This document shows positions 28,944 through 38,146 of a stretch of DNA of 64,000 nucleotides, piece by piece. The position numbers and the translations under genes are program-made. Positions within the stretch are counted from its first letter, which is position 1, and every line of letters starts with the position of its first letter. Below the pieces are notes generated by a model. That model saw nothing but the letters and a program-made list of their open reading frames with translations. It did not search any database and had not been told where the DNA came from. The stretch covers positions 3,517 through 67,516 of the forward strand of contig JAOTUY010000004.1 in assembly GCA_029863625.1 (NCBI GenBank), given 5' to 3'. This DNA is from Acidimicrobiia bacterium. GTDB lineage: Bacteria > Actinomycetota > Acidimicrobiia > Spongiisociales > UBA4744.

Positions 28944-31325
28944 CTAGTCGTGGTCCCACCATTTGAGCGAGCGAATCCGAAGCCAAGACATGAGGCGGTC
29001 CAAAGGCCGGTAGATATCGCGGAGATAGATCTCGGTCTGTTCAAACGAATCGACGGCCTGGTCGATCTTAGCTGTTTGCATGGGTCGATCCGGACCGTAC
29101 ATGGCTTCTGTCACGCTCCTGGCCAGGGGGGTGAGGGATCGGTGGACCGATGCGGCCACCTCTTCATGGGTCTGATCGGGAGTTGGGGGACGACCGAGAT
29201 CGGTGAGCCGGTCCACAATCTCCTCCCATGCACCCGTGATGTCGCCCTCCTTCATCCTTCCCAGCCTCCGTCGCCTCCGGATCCACTTGGTCAGGGGGAT
29301 GATTCCGAGCAGGGCCGCGATGCCGAGCAGTATGGCCTGGAAGGCCGTAATGCCGATCCGATTGGACGTCTCCAGCGGTAGGCCGTCGGGGCCCCGCGGG
29401 ATGTCCGAGTCTTCGCCGAAATCCACATCGTTCGGGTTGGCGGGCAACCCGATACTCGGATCGGCCGGCTCAAGGGCCCCGTCCGGCTCGGGAATGAAGT
29501 TGCGGGCGTCGAACCCGACCCCAACCGCGTTGACATTGGTCGACGGGTTGATCTGGTCACCGCGCGGGGTTGGATCGAATCGGACCCAACCTTGCCCGTT
29601 CATCCAGAGCTCCACCCAGGCGTGAGCATTCTTTCCCTTGACGATGATGCGGCCGTCCTGGGTCTTCTCGCCGGGTGTGAAACCGAGGACCACCCGGCTG
29701 GGAATTGAAATCGACCGGGCCATCGCTGCCATCGCGGTGGCGAATTGCTCGCAATACCCCGTGCGATAGTTGGGGCTGTCCTCATCGAGAATCCAGGCGG
29801 TCATGTTGCTGGCCGAATGGCCCGGGTCAATATCGATCGAGTATGTGAACTCTTCGGGATCGCGGAACCAGGCTTCGAGGAGGAGGGCTTTCTCGAAGGC
29901 CGTCGCGCCGTTCAAGGTCAACTCAGCAGCTTTGGTGGCCAGCGTAGGATCGAACTCACGGGGGAGGTCGAGATATTCGCTGATGTCGGTGGGACGCACC
30001 AGGCCCTGTGCTGTCGGCGCCTTGGGTTGAGCGGTGAAGACGCCCCGGTCGGCCGCTTCCTGGAAGATGGGCGACAAACGGTCGCGCTGACTCGGTTGGC
30101 TGGCCAGCACTCCGAGATCCGGGACCGGCACGTTCGAGAGGACTTCGTAGGTGAGCCCGTCCCACGTTCTGAGATCGAAAGGAATGGATGCGTCGGCGCG
30201 TACTCGAAAGCTCTGATTGAGCAACACCGACTCGGAGTTGATCCAGGTGGCGGAGTGCAACGTCGGCAGAACATTCTGCCTGAGGGCGAGAATGGTTATG
30301 GTCTGCGTGACGGGCGCAGTCTCGCCTTTGAAGGCGTGCTCTGGGTCTTCCCAGGGTTCGTCTGGCCTCGGGATTCGAGTTGGCAGCCGACCCGGGAACC
30401 AGTTCTCACCATCGAATTCCTCCAATGTGAACAGCTTCCAGTACAGATCGTCCGGGGCGGCTGCGCCTTCGATGGTGGCGATGAAGACCGGTTCTTCGCT
30501 GCGTGAGACGAGGTCGGTCTGCGTGATGCTGGTAAACAAGTTGAAAGACACGCCGCTGAATATGCCGCCACCCAACCCGGTTTGAGCCCGCCAGTCGAGG
30601 AAGCCGCTGGCGGGCACGAGACCGGCGGCGGCGCTGGATCCGACCACCGAGGCGATCACCGCGATGGACACAAACACTGAGGGGAAGAAAGGGGTGCTCA
30701 TCGGGACATGCCCTGTCGCGAACCGGCGGCGCAACCGGCCCGCAGTCAAGCTGCGCTCGTCGAGGGATACCGCCAGCAGAGCAACTGCCGCAACCGCTAG
30801 AAAGGCTGTGGTCCAGCCGACCCGGGGCGGTATCCGGTCGATGGTGGCGACCTGCAGATAGAACAGGAGGGGGGGGAGCAACGCCAGGGTGGGATGGCTC
30901 GAAAGCAGGCCCCAGGCTAGGAGTGCGCCCAGTAGCCAGAAGACGACGGTCAGGATAAGAATCAGTCCAGCGGCGGGGACAACCGGCGCGGCCCCAAACC
31001 GGATCAGTCCGAAGGCCCAGCCCAGTTCAGTACCGATCCTCGAAAAGGTGTCGAGGGATGGAAGGAAACCGAGTACCAGGGTGTCGGCCGCCCCCAGGCG
31101 GAACGCCGCTAGCACCAAACCGCCCAGGTTGAGCAGTGCGGTCCCGAGCCAGCCGACCCGGTACGAGACGGCCGTCCAGGTGATAACTGCTCCCAGCAGA
31201 GCTCCGGCCAGCAAAGCCAGTTGCCAGGCAGGACCATCCTCGATCGGCCTGAGCAAACGCTCCATACGGAGGAGCGCCAGGAGGATGGCAGCGGTTCCGG
31301 CTATCCAGCTGAAACGGTAGGCCAT
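28944..31325 (-). CDS. Membrane transglutaminase-like protein (TgpA/DUF3488)
   Basis: N-terminal TM helices; triad motifs GYCEQFA, HAWVE, FDPTP. Confidence 0.9.
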   Translation of the reverse strand: MAYRFSWIAGTAAILLALLRMERLLRPIEDGPAWQLALLAGALLGAVITWTAVSYRVGWLGTALLNLGGLVLAAFRLGAADTLVLGFLPSLDTFSRIGTELGWAFGLIRFGAAPVVPAAGLILILTVVFWLLGALLAWGLLSSHPTLALLPPLLFYLQVATIDRIPPRVGWTTAFLAVAAVALLAVSLDERSLTAGRLRRRFATGHVPMSTPFFPSVFVSIAVIASVVGSSAAAGLVPASGFLDWRAQTGLGGGIFSGVSFNLFTSITQTDLVSRSEEPVFIATIEGAAAPDDLYWKLFTLEEFDGENWFPGRLPTRIPRPDEPWEDPEHAFKGETAPVTQTITILALRQNVLPTLHSATWINSESVLLNQSFRVRADASIPFDLRTWDGLTYEVLSNVPVPDLGVLASQPSQRDRLSPIFQEAADRGVFTAQPKAPTAQGLVRPTDISEYLDLPREFDPTLATKAAELTLNGATAFEKALLLEAWFRDPEEFTYSIDIDPGHSASNMTAWILDEDSPNYRTGYCEQFATAMAAMARSISIPSRVVLGFTPGEKTQDGRIIVKGKNAHAWVELWMNGQGWVRFDPTPRGDQINPSTNVNAVGVGFDARNFIPEPDGALEPADPSIGLPANPNDVDFGEDSDIPRGPDGLPLETSNRIGITAFQAILLGIAALLGIIPLTKWIRRRRRLGRMKEGDITGAWEEIVDRLTDLGRPPTPDQTHEEVAASVHRSLTPLARSVTEAMYGPDRPMQTAKIDQAVDSFEQTEIYLRDIYRPLDRLMSWLRIRSLKWWDHD

Positions 31326-32485
31326 GGTGTACCCGCTGCGTTGAGCCAGGCTTTGGCCCAGCTTCCGTCCGGCTTGATCGCCATCGTTTGGGTGCCCGCG
31401 CGTTGGAAATGGGCGACTGTGGCTGAGGCTTGCTGCGCCACCGACATGAGCACGGTCGACGCGAAATTGCGGGTGAGGAGCTGGCCGACTGCAAGGAGCT
31501 CGCCATCAGGGCTGCCGGTAATCAACACGAGGGCACCGCCCCGGCCACCGCGCTGCAATCGGAGAGCCGCGGCCCGGAGGTCAAGACCATCTGTCGGCTG
31601 AACACCCGCCAGGGCTTCCATGGACTTCGCGTAGGACCCGGGTTCTGCACTGCTGATCGGCGCTCCTCCGGTCCAGAGATCCGCGTCGAAGCCAGATGAG
31701 AGCATATGGCGGACCACAGAAGCGGCGCCGCTCACGGCTCGCTCGAAGGCCTCCGTGCCGTCGTAGCTCGATCCCCGAGGATCGAAGAAAACCAGCGCCC
31801 GCGACTGCCAAGGTGTTTCCAATTGTCGGATCATCAGCTCGTCGCGCTTGGCCGTTGACGGCCAGTGCACCCGCCTCAGATCATCTCCCGTCTGGTACTC
31901 GCGGAGCGTGTAGAAATCCTCTCCGCCCCGATGGCTGAACTCAGGTTGAGAGGCGTACATCGATGGATCTAGTCCGCGTAGAACGGGCAGACCGGAAAGC
32001 TGTTCAACGGCTGGATAGACGATCAAACGATCCTGCTGCCCTACGAGCTGACTGCGGTCGGCCAGGCGGAGCGGATCCGTAACGGAAACCCGGAGAGGGC
32101 CTACGTCGTAGATGCCCCGCGGCTTGCAGAGGATTTGGTAGGTGGCTGTTGCCGTCTCGTCGGGCGCCAACCGGGCGGCAGCGAAACGGGCCGACCCAAG
32201 ACCGGCCACGTCGTCTTCGGCGGTCAGGTTCCACACCCGCCGGGCTCCAACGTTGGTGAGCGATGCCTCGACCACCGTCTGTTCCCCTTCGTGAACGAGG
32301 TTGGGGGAAAGACGCCGGGTGACGGCAACTGATGGGTTAGAGCGTCGCACGAACACGAACGCGGCCGTCGTCGCAACCGCCAAAAGCAGACCAATACTCA
32401 ACAGCTCGGGTTCGCCGAGAGCTGCCCACAATACAAAAAGGGCCAGACTGGCTCCGAGCGCCGCCCAGCCTCTGTCCGTGAGCAT
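31301..32485 (-). CDS. DUF58 domain protein
   Basis: LREYQTGDDLRRVHWPSTAK; RG.Y..GP; DP. Confidence 0.92.
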   Translation of the reverse strand: MLTDRGWAALGASLALFVLWAALGEPELLSIGLLLAVATTAAFVFVRRSNPSVAVTRRLSPNLVHEGEQTVVEASLTNVGARRVWNLTAEDDVAGLGSARFAAARLAPDETATATYQILCKPRGIYDVGPLRVSVTDPLRLADRSQLVGQQDRLIVYPAVEQLSGLPVLRGLDPSMYASQPEFSHRGGEDFYTLREYQTGDDLRRVHWPSTAKRDELMIRQLETPWQSRALVFFDPRGSSYDGTEAFERAVSGAASVVRHMLSSGFDADLWTGGAPISSAEPGSYAKSMEALAGVQPTDGLDLRAAALRLQRGGRGGALVLITGSPDGELLAVGQLLTRNFASTVLMSVAQQASATVAHFQRAGTQTMAIKPDGSWAKAWLNAAGTPWPTVSAG

Positions 32486-33465
32486 CAGCTGGTGGCTCTC
32501 GTCCCCGGGACGCGCAAGTGGTGCAGCACGGAGTCGAGCACATCGCTGATCGTGGTGCCCCGCATCTGCGCTTCGGGACGCATGGCCATACGGTGTTCGA
32601 GCACGGTACCTGCCACCGCCTTGATGTCGTCGGGGGTGACGTACTCGCGTCCTTCGACTGCCGCCCGGACCCTGGCCACCCGCTGGAGATGGAGCGCCGC
32701 CCGAGGGGAAGCACCGAGCATCAGCTCACCGTGGCGCCGAGTCGCCTCAACCAGGTCAACGATGTAACCCTGTATGGAGGGCGCAACGTGCACGTGGTCG
32801 GCGACACCCGCCATTTCCAGGACCTGGTCCCCGGTTACGACCGGTTTGAGGTCTTCGAAAGTGGAGCGAATCCCGTGCGCTTCGAGTATCTCGAGTTCTT
32901 TACTGCGGACCGGATATCCGACCACCAGTTTCATCATGAAACGGTCGAGCTGTGACTCGGGGAGCGGGTAGGTCCCCTCGTGTTCGAGCGGGTTTTGCGT
33001 TGCGCCGACCAGGAAGGGGGGTGGCAAGGGCCGGGTGGTGCCGTCGACGGTCACCTGCCGTTCCTCCATGGCCTCGAGGAGCGCGGCCTGGGTCTTGGGG
33101 CTCGCCCGGTTGATTTCATCGCCCAGGACAATGTTGGCGAAGATGGCACCGGGTTTGAAGACAAAGTCGCTCTTCTGTCGGTCCCAGATGGACACGCCGG
33201 TAATGTCCGAGGGGAGGAGGTCGGGCGTGAATTGAACCCGATTGAAGTTGCAGTCGATCGACCGAGCCAGCGACTTGGCCAGTAGCGTCTTGCCAACACC
33301 GGGCACATCCTCGATCAGGACATGCCCCTGGGCCACCAGGCACATGGTGAGGAGCTCGATCACCTCGCGTTTGCCCTGAATGACTTGCTCGATGTTCGAG
33401 ACGATTTCTTCAAAACGCTCAGAGAACCACTGAATGCGGTCGGCGGCGACGGTAGCTGCGCTCAC
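32485..33465 (-). CDS. MoxR-family AAA+ ATPase
   Basis: HVLIEDVPGVGKT, FTPDLLPSD, DEINRASPKTQ, TQNP.E.EGTYPLPESQLDRF. Confidence 0.95.
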   Translation of the reverse strand: MSAATVAADRIQWFSERFEEIVSNIEQVIQGKREVIELLTMCLVAQGHVLIEDVPGVGKTLLAKSLARSIDCNFNRVQFTPDLLPSDITGVSIWDRQKSDFVFKPGAIFANIVLGDEINRASPKTQAALLEAMEERQVTVDGTTRPLPPPFLVGATQNPLEHEGTYPLPESQLDRFMMKLVVGYPVRSKELEILEAHGIRSTFEDLKPVVTGDQVLEMAGVADHVHVAPSIQGYIVDLVEATRRHGELMLGASPRAALHLQRVARVRAAVEGREYVTPDDIKAVAGTVLEHRMAMRPEAQMRGTTISDVLDSVLHHLRVPGTRATS

Positions 33466-33572
33466 AGGGGGGAAGCCTCCTCGACGGTTTGGCGAGAAGC
33501 CTATCAGAGCTTTCTCTTTGCGCCTCGGCCCCATCCCATATAATCGGTACTAGGTTGGGTGAGAGGAGGCGC

Positions 33573-33812
33573 GTGCGCTGGGCACTTGGGGCAGTCGCGC
33601 GACATCCCGGGCTGTGGCCCGAGGCTGTTCGCGTTGTGGTGGCGGTATCGCCCGATGGGTGGTGGCGTTCCTTTCCCTTTGTCCCTCGCGTCGATCCGGA
33701 CTACTCAGCGTGGCGGATTGCGACGGCCTATGGAACGGAAACAGCAGTGGTGCAGGGGGATGACCTGATCAGCTACCTCCGATGGCGAAGACGACAACGG
33801 AGGAACGGGTGA
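33573..33812 (+). CDS. Small hypothetical protein (Trp/Pro-rich)
   Basis: GAGGAGG upstream; PDGWWRSFPFVP...WRIATAYG...YLRW; stop overlaps the next GTG; start codon uncertain. Confidence 0.6.
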   Translation: MRWALGAVARHPGLWPEAVRVVVAVSPDGWWRSFPFVPRVDPDYSAWRIATAYGTETAVVQGDDLISYLRWRRRQRRNG

Positions 33813-34453
33813 AGGACGATCTGCGCACGGCGTTGTCGGCGATAGAGGGAGTCGAGCGGTCGGAAGTCGACCTGGCCGACAACGGCCCTCTTGGCATCCG
33901 CGTCCGTCTCGCCCATGGTGCCGACCGAGGTGCTGTAGCGGAGGCGGTGCAACGGCTGCTCCAAGCGCGTGGCCTTCGGTCGCGGGTCGCACCAGATCGA
34001 CGACAGCCCGGACCTGAGACGCCCCCAACTCCACCGGAAGGACCGCAACGAGCGGGTCCAGAACCTGGACCCGCTCCACATCGAACGATCGCAGAGTCGT
34101 CGGGCTCGTCTACCCCGTCGCCGGATAGGTACGGAATCGAGGCCGTGACTGTGTCCGAGACCATTCGAGAGATAGTCGTAACGGTGTTGGCCGACGGGGG
34201 ACGAACGGTAACTCGCCGGGCGCGACGCACCGAACAAGGGCTCCATGAGGCCATCGTTGCCGCAGTCGGCGAGCTAATTCACCCTGAGGCGCCTCCGGCC
34301 GGTCTGCGAGGCATCGAGTTTTCTGATGCCTTTCCGGCCATCACCGTGTATCTAGAAGGCCCCGACGGCCAGGTCCGGGTCGGGGCTGCTTTGGTGGCGG
34401 CGACCAACCCGTTTGCGTTTGCGCAAGCGGTCTGGGCAGCACTGCAGTCATAG
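33809..34453 (+). CDS. Hypothetical protein (two domains joined by a Pro-rich linker)
   Basis: GGAGG RBS before GTG 33809; ends AFAQAVWAAL. Confidence 0.65.
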   Translation: MKDDLRTALSAIEGVERSEVDLADNGPLGIRVRLAHGADRGAVAEAVQRLLQARGLRSRVAPDRRQPGPETPPTPPEGPQRAGPEPGPAPHRTIAESSGSSTPSPDRYGIEAVTVSETIREIVVTVLADGGRTVTRRARRTEQGLHEAIVAAVGELIHPEAPPAGLRGIEFSDAFPAITVYLEGPDGQVRVGAALVAATNPFAFAQAVWAALQS

Positions 34454-34479
34454 TTGTTGGCTTTTGGTTCTCGGTTCTT
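34452..34479 (+). repeat. Degenerate heptamer tandem repeat
   Basis: AGTTGTT GGCTTTT GGTTCTC GGTTCTT, starting inside the TAG stop. Confidence 0.65.
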
Positions 34480-34522
34480 TGCATGTGCGCGTCAAACCAG
34501 AATCACGAACGGAGTCGCCTCT

Positions 34523-35035
34523 TCAGGATGCCCGGGCTGGGGTAATCTCTTCCGCGAACGGGATCAATTCGATCAGCACGTCCCGGTCCGGGTCGGCCTC
34601 GACGATCTCCTCGGCAACGTCGGAGAATCTTCCGCGGTACGTCTGTTGCTTTGTCAGTACATCTCTGATCAACAGGCGGCCAGGATCGGTAGCCGGATCA
34701 GCCAGGGCGGGGAGATCCATTTCATCAGTGCTAATCACGCTGACCTTCCGAACTCTGAGGTCTTGCAGCATGATCTCCTGGACCATGATGTCGGCCGACA
34801 GGACCGACAGGTTGGCGATGAGGACCGTGTCGACATGTCCCGCCGAGATAATGCCAAGCAAGGCGCGGTAACCGTCTCGATCATCTGCAGCACCTGCGCC
34901 AATGGTGTCCTGACACACCGCCAGCAACTGACACCGATTGTGGGCGACCCAGCGGCGGATCTGCTCCGATTGAACGAACACAGAGTCACCGCTGTCCGGC
35001 CCCGGGGCGTCACGTACATATCCAATCACACGCAT
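34523..35035 (-). CDS. Resolvase/serine-recombinase N-terminal-domain protein, catalytic residues degenerate
   Basis: MRVIGYVRD...Q.EQIRRW...QD...DRDGYRALL...VDTVLIANLSVL; no catalytic Ser after YxR and no DRLxR. Confidence 0.7.
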   Translation of the reverse strand: MRVIGYVRDAPGPDSGDSVFVQSEQIRRWVAHNRCQLLAVCQDTIGAGAADDRDGYRALLGIISAGHVDTVLIANLSVLSADIMVQEIMLQDLRVRKVSVISTDEMDLPALADPATDPGRLLIRDVLTKQQTYRGRFSDVAEEIVEADPDRDVLIELIPFAEEITPARAS

Positions 35036-35041
35036 GGGTCG

Positions 35042-35070
35042 AGTTTCGTGACGGCCACCGGTTGTGTCAA
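35042..35070 (-). promoter_or_regulatory. Leaderless promoter of the recombinase-like gene
   Basis: TTGACA-17 nt-GAAACT-6 nt-ATG. Confidence 0.55.
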
Positions 35071-35163
35071 GGACCTTCACGCTGCGTGACCACCACCCAA
35101 GGATCTCCGCCGGTTGAACCCGGGCGGCTAGTAACCTGATCGCCTTCCGGATGGGAGCAGCAT

Positions 35164-35667
35164 TTGGCTAGAGCTCTGGTGTTGAACACCACCTATGAAC
35201 CGCTTTCGATCGTGACCTCGCGGCGGGCAGTTGTGCTGGTTGTCAGCGACAAAGCCGATGTCGTCGAAGCTCAGGACGCCCTGTGGCGAGCAGAACGCTT
35301 CTCCATGCTGGTCCCCTCGGTGGTCAAGCTCCGTCGTTTTGTCAGGGTTCCCTACCTGCGAAGGATGCCGCTCACTCGAAGGGCTGTTTTCGCACGAGAT
35401 GGCAACTATTGCCAGTACTGCGGTCGCGAAGCTGAATGCCTCGACCATGTGATACCCCGATCGAAGGGAGGCGCCCACACCTGGGAGAACGTGGTCGCCT
35501 GTTGCCGGGCATGTAACGTCCGTAAGGCCGATCACAACCTGGTGGAAACCTCAATGCAGCTGGTCAAGAGACCCGAGGCGCCGCGCCGCCATGATTGGGT
35601 GTTCGCCAGCACCGGGTTCCCGGTTGATCCGACCTGGCATCCGTACCTTTTGGCCGACTCCGCCTGA
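35164..35667 (+). CDS. HNH endonuclease (stand-alone actinobacterial type)
   Basis: ALVLNTTYEPL, RD...CQYC, DHVIPRSKGG..TWENVVACCRACN..K. Confidence 0.92.
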   Translation: MARALVLNTTYEPLSIVTSRRAVVLVVSDKADVVEAQDALWRAERFSMLVPSVVKLRRFVRVPYLRRMPLTRRAVFARDGNYCQYCGREAECLDHVIPRSKGGAHTWENVVACCRACNVRKADHNLVETSMQLVKRPEAPRRHDWVFASTGFPVDPTWHPYLLADSA

Positions 35668-35777
35668 GCTCGAACTCCCAGACCGCGTCGCTCCCAGCTA
35701 CCAGCGTTTCAGCTTCCAGCGGCTAGATCGCTTGTCCTCAGTGACGTGACTTCGCTGGCCGCCGGGTGCTCTTCGAG

Positions 35778-36290
35778 TTATCGTACGAGGATCACGGTGC
35801 ACGGAGCCAGCCGGGCCAGCTTGGTGCCCGTCGAACCGAGCAGGCCCTCAAATCGTCCCCGTCCGTGCGTCCCGATGATGAGCACGTCCGCATCTATCTC
35901 GGTGGTCAATTCCAACACGGTGACAGCCGGGCTGTCGCTCTCCTTGGCGACCACCGTCGGGGTGATCCCCCTCGACTCGAGGGCTTGTTGCACGGCCGTC
36001 GTCCGTTTTCTTTTCTGATCGTCGACGTAGCGGGCGATCATCGCATCGTCCCCGGGCCAGTTGGAGGTGAGCGTGCCGGCGGTTGGCTGCCCAACGTACT
36101 CGTGATCTTCATCGATGTCCGCTTGAGGCGGTGGCGTCCGGAAGAACCCTCGCAGTTCGGTCAGGAGTGTACGGGGTACTTCCACGACCGTCGCCAGAGT
36201 GATGACGTCGCCCTCTTCGAAGAGGCGGACCGCCATTTCTGCCGTGAGACCTGCGTCGAGGTTGCCGTCAGTAGCGATGAGAATCTGCAT
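35778..36290 (-). CDS. Universal stress protein
   Basis: ILIATDG...ADVLIIGTHGRGRFEGLLGSTGTKLARLAPCTVILVR. Confidence 0.9.
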   Translation of the reverse strand: MQILIATDGNLDAGLTAEMAVRLFEEGDVITLATVVEVPRTLLTELRGFFRTPPPQADIDEDHEYVGQPTAGTLTSNWPGDDAMIARYVDDQKRKRTTAVQQALESRGITPTVVAKESDSPAVTVLELTTEIDADVLIIGTHGRGRFEGLLGSTGTKLARLAPCTVILVR

Positions 36291-36583
36291 CTCCACAACT
36301 CCTTGGGTATGGAGCGAGGATAGTGCAGCCCGGAGCTCAGAATCAGGGATTCGACACCCTTCCACGGCTGTGAACTCGAAGCCGCGGGTACCTCGACCAA
36401 ACGCGCAACCTTGTGACCCGAGAGCCGGCAGACCAATTCGCCAAGAAACGCATCGGCCATCGGGTAACTGTCGAGGCGAGACGCATGCTGGCGAACACCG
36501 ACGACTCGGCGGCTGCGATTGGGTCCCAGACACTCCGCACCCACTCGTCGGGTCACACCTGGGAAGAAAAGGGGGCGATAGGG

Positions 36584-36625
36584 TTGACATGTGGCGCGGA
36601 ATGGGCCATAGTGGCACGCAGTGGA
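36584..36625 (+). promoter_or_regulatory. dcw promoter with MraZ-binding direct repeats
   Basis: TTGACA (36584)-17 nt-CATAGT (36607); (G/A)TGG at 36591, 36601, 36611 and 36621, an exact 10-bp period. Confidence 0.8.
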
Positions 36626-36657
36626 GGACTACGGATGTCGGACAGGGTGCAACAATC

Positions 36658-37089
36658 ATGTTCCTCGGTGAGTACCAGCACACACTCGACCCGAAGGGAA
36701 GAGTCGTGTTGCCCGCCAAATTCCGCGAGCGGTTGGAGGACGGCTGTGTCATCACCAAAGGGCAGGAGCGATGCCTCTACGTCTTCCCGCTCGATCGGTG
36801 GGAGACGGAGGTAGAACGAGTGAACACGCTTCCCCGCACCGACGCCCGAGCTCGCAAACTCGCTCGGTCGTTCTTCGCCGGCGCCGATCTGCAATCTCCC
36901 GACAAACAGGGCAGGGTGCAGATTCCCGCCAATCTCCGCACCTACGGCGACCTCACGAAAGACCTCACGGTGGTGGGCGTTGCCGACCGCGTGGAGATTT
37001 GGGACACAGCGACCTGGAGTCGCATGTCCGCAGAAGCAGACGAGTACTACGCCGACATAGAGGAGGCCCTCGGCGAACACGGAATCTGA
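36658..37089 (+). CDS. mraZ: Division/cell wall cluster repressor MraZ
   Basis: MFLGEYQHTLDPKGRVVLPAKFR; second DKQGR motif. Confidence 0.97.
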   Translation: MFLGEYQHTLDPKGRVVLPAKFRERLEDGCVITKGQERCLYVFPLDRWETEVERVNTLPRTDARARKLARSFFAGADLQSPDKQGRVQIPANLRTYGDLTKDLTVVGVADRVEIWDTATWSRMSAEADEYYADIEEALGEHGI

Positions 37090-37116
37090 CATGGCAATCG
37101 AGGACTGGTTCATCGC

Positions 37117-37186
37117 CAGCCCCCCGGAACCAACGGAAGGCCCCTTACTCCGCCCGCTTCCTTTGGTGCCAGCGCCCGGGGGGCTG
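37117..37186 (+). ncRNA. Long hairpin upstream of rsmH, mraW RNA motif-like
   Basis: CAGCCCCCCGG/CCGGGGGGCTG outer stem, ACCAACGGAAG/CTTCCTTTGGT inner stem, C/U-rich loop; same position as the actinobacterial mraW motif. Confidence 0.55.
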
Positions 37187-37189
37187 ACC

Positions 37190-38146
37190 ATGAACCAGAC
37201 ACCCGAAAGTCGCAAGTTTCACGAAGCAGTGATGGCAGAGGAGGTGGTCGAGCTGTTCCGTCCGTTGCACGAGGGCCTAATCATCGACGCCACCTACGGC
37301 GGTGGTGGTCACAGCCGACGCATCCTCGATGCACTCGGCAGCAACGTGCGGATCCTCGCCTTCGATCGGGATCCGGACGCTATCAGGGAGGCAGAGGCCC
37401 GGCGCGCGGACGCCGATCCGGGAAATCGGCTGCAGATCCTCAACCGCAACTACAGGGATATGGAAGACGTGATGATCGAGAAGAGCATCGAAAGTTTCAG
37501 CGGCGCCTTCTTCGATCTGGGGGTTTCTAGCCACCAGGTCGAAGAAGGCACCCGAGGTTTCTCCTACCGGGCGGCCGGACCCCTCGACATGCGGATGGGT
37601 CCCGATGCCCCCCATACCGCCGCCGAATTAGTCAACGAATGGTCCGAAGCTGATCTCGCTCGAGTGATCCGATCCTACGGGGAGGAGCCCTTTGCCGCCC
37701 GGGTGGCCCGGGCCATCGTGGCCGCTCGTCCGATCGACAACACGGTGCAACTGGCAGAGATCATTCGCCTGGCTATCCCCGCCGCCGCCCGCCGGACTGG
37801 AGGCCATCCGGCTCGCAGGACGTTCCAGGGGTTGCGGATCGCGGCCAACGACGAACTCGGCGCGCTCGAGCAGGGTCTGGAGGCGGCGCTCAGCCGGCTG
37901 CGCCCCGCGGGTCGGTGTGTCGTTATCTCCTACCACTCGCTCGAAGATCGCATCGTCAAGCAGCGTTTTGCAGCGGGCGCTACCGGCTGCACCTGCCCGC
38001 CTGATTTTCCGATCTGCGTGTGCGAAGGAACGGCGGACCTGCGCCTTCTGACGCGTAAACCACTTCGCCCCACACCGGCGGAGGTCGCCATCAATCGGCG
38101 AGCGCGAAGTGCGCGCTTGCGGGCCGTTGAGAAGGTTGCTGCATGA
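37190..38146 (+). CDS. rsmH: 16S rRNA m4C1402 methyltransferase
   Basis: DATYGGGGHS, DLGVSS, PLDMRM, HPARRTFQ, YHSLEDR, RARSARLR. Confidence 0.96.
   Translation: MNQTPESRKFHEAVMAEEVVELFRPLHEGLIIDATYGGGGHSRRILDALGSNVRILAFDRDPDAIREAEARRADADPGNRLQILNRNYRDMEDVMIEKSIESFSGAFFDLGVSSHQVEEGTRGFSYRAAGPLDMRMGPDAPHTAAELVNEWSEADLARVIRSYGEEPFAARVARAIVAARPIDNTVQLAEIIRLAIPAAARRTGGHPARRTFQGLRIAANDELGALEQGLEAALSRLRPAGRCVVISYHSLEDRIVKQRFAAGATGCTCPPDFPICVCEGTADLRLLTRKPLRPTPAEVAINRRARSARLRAVEKVAA

Noticed and set aside
34523-35667. Recombinase plus HNH as an integrated mobile element
   Set aside because: No att sites or terminal repeats, no cargo genes, no obvious composition shift; the recombinase lacks catalytic residues and the HNH is the common stand-alone type
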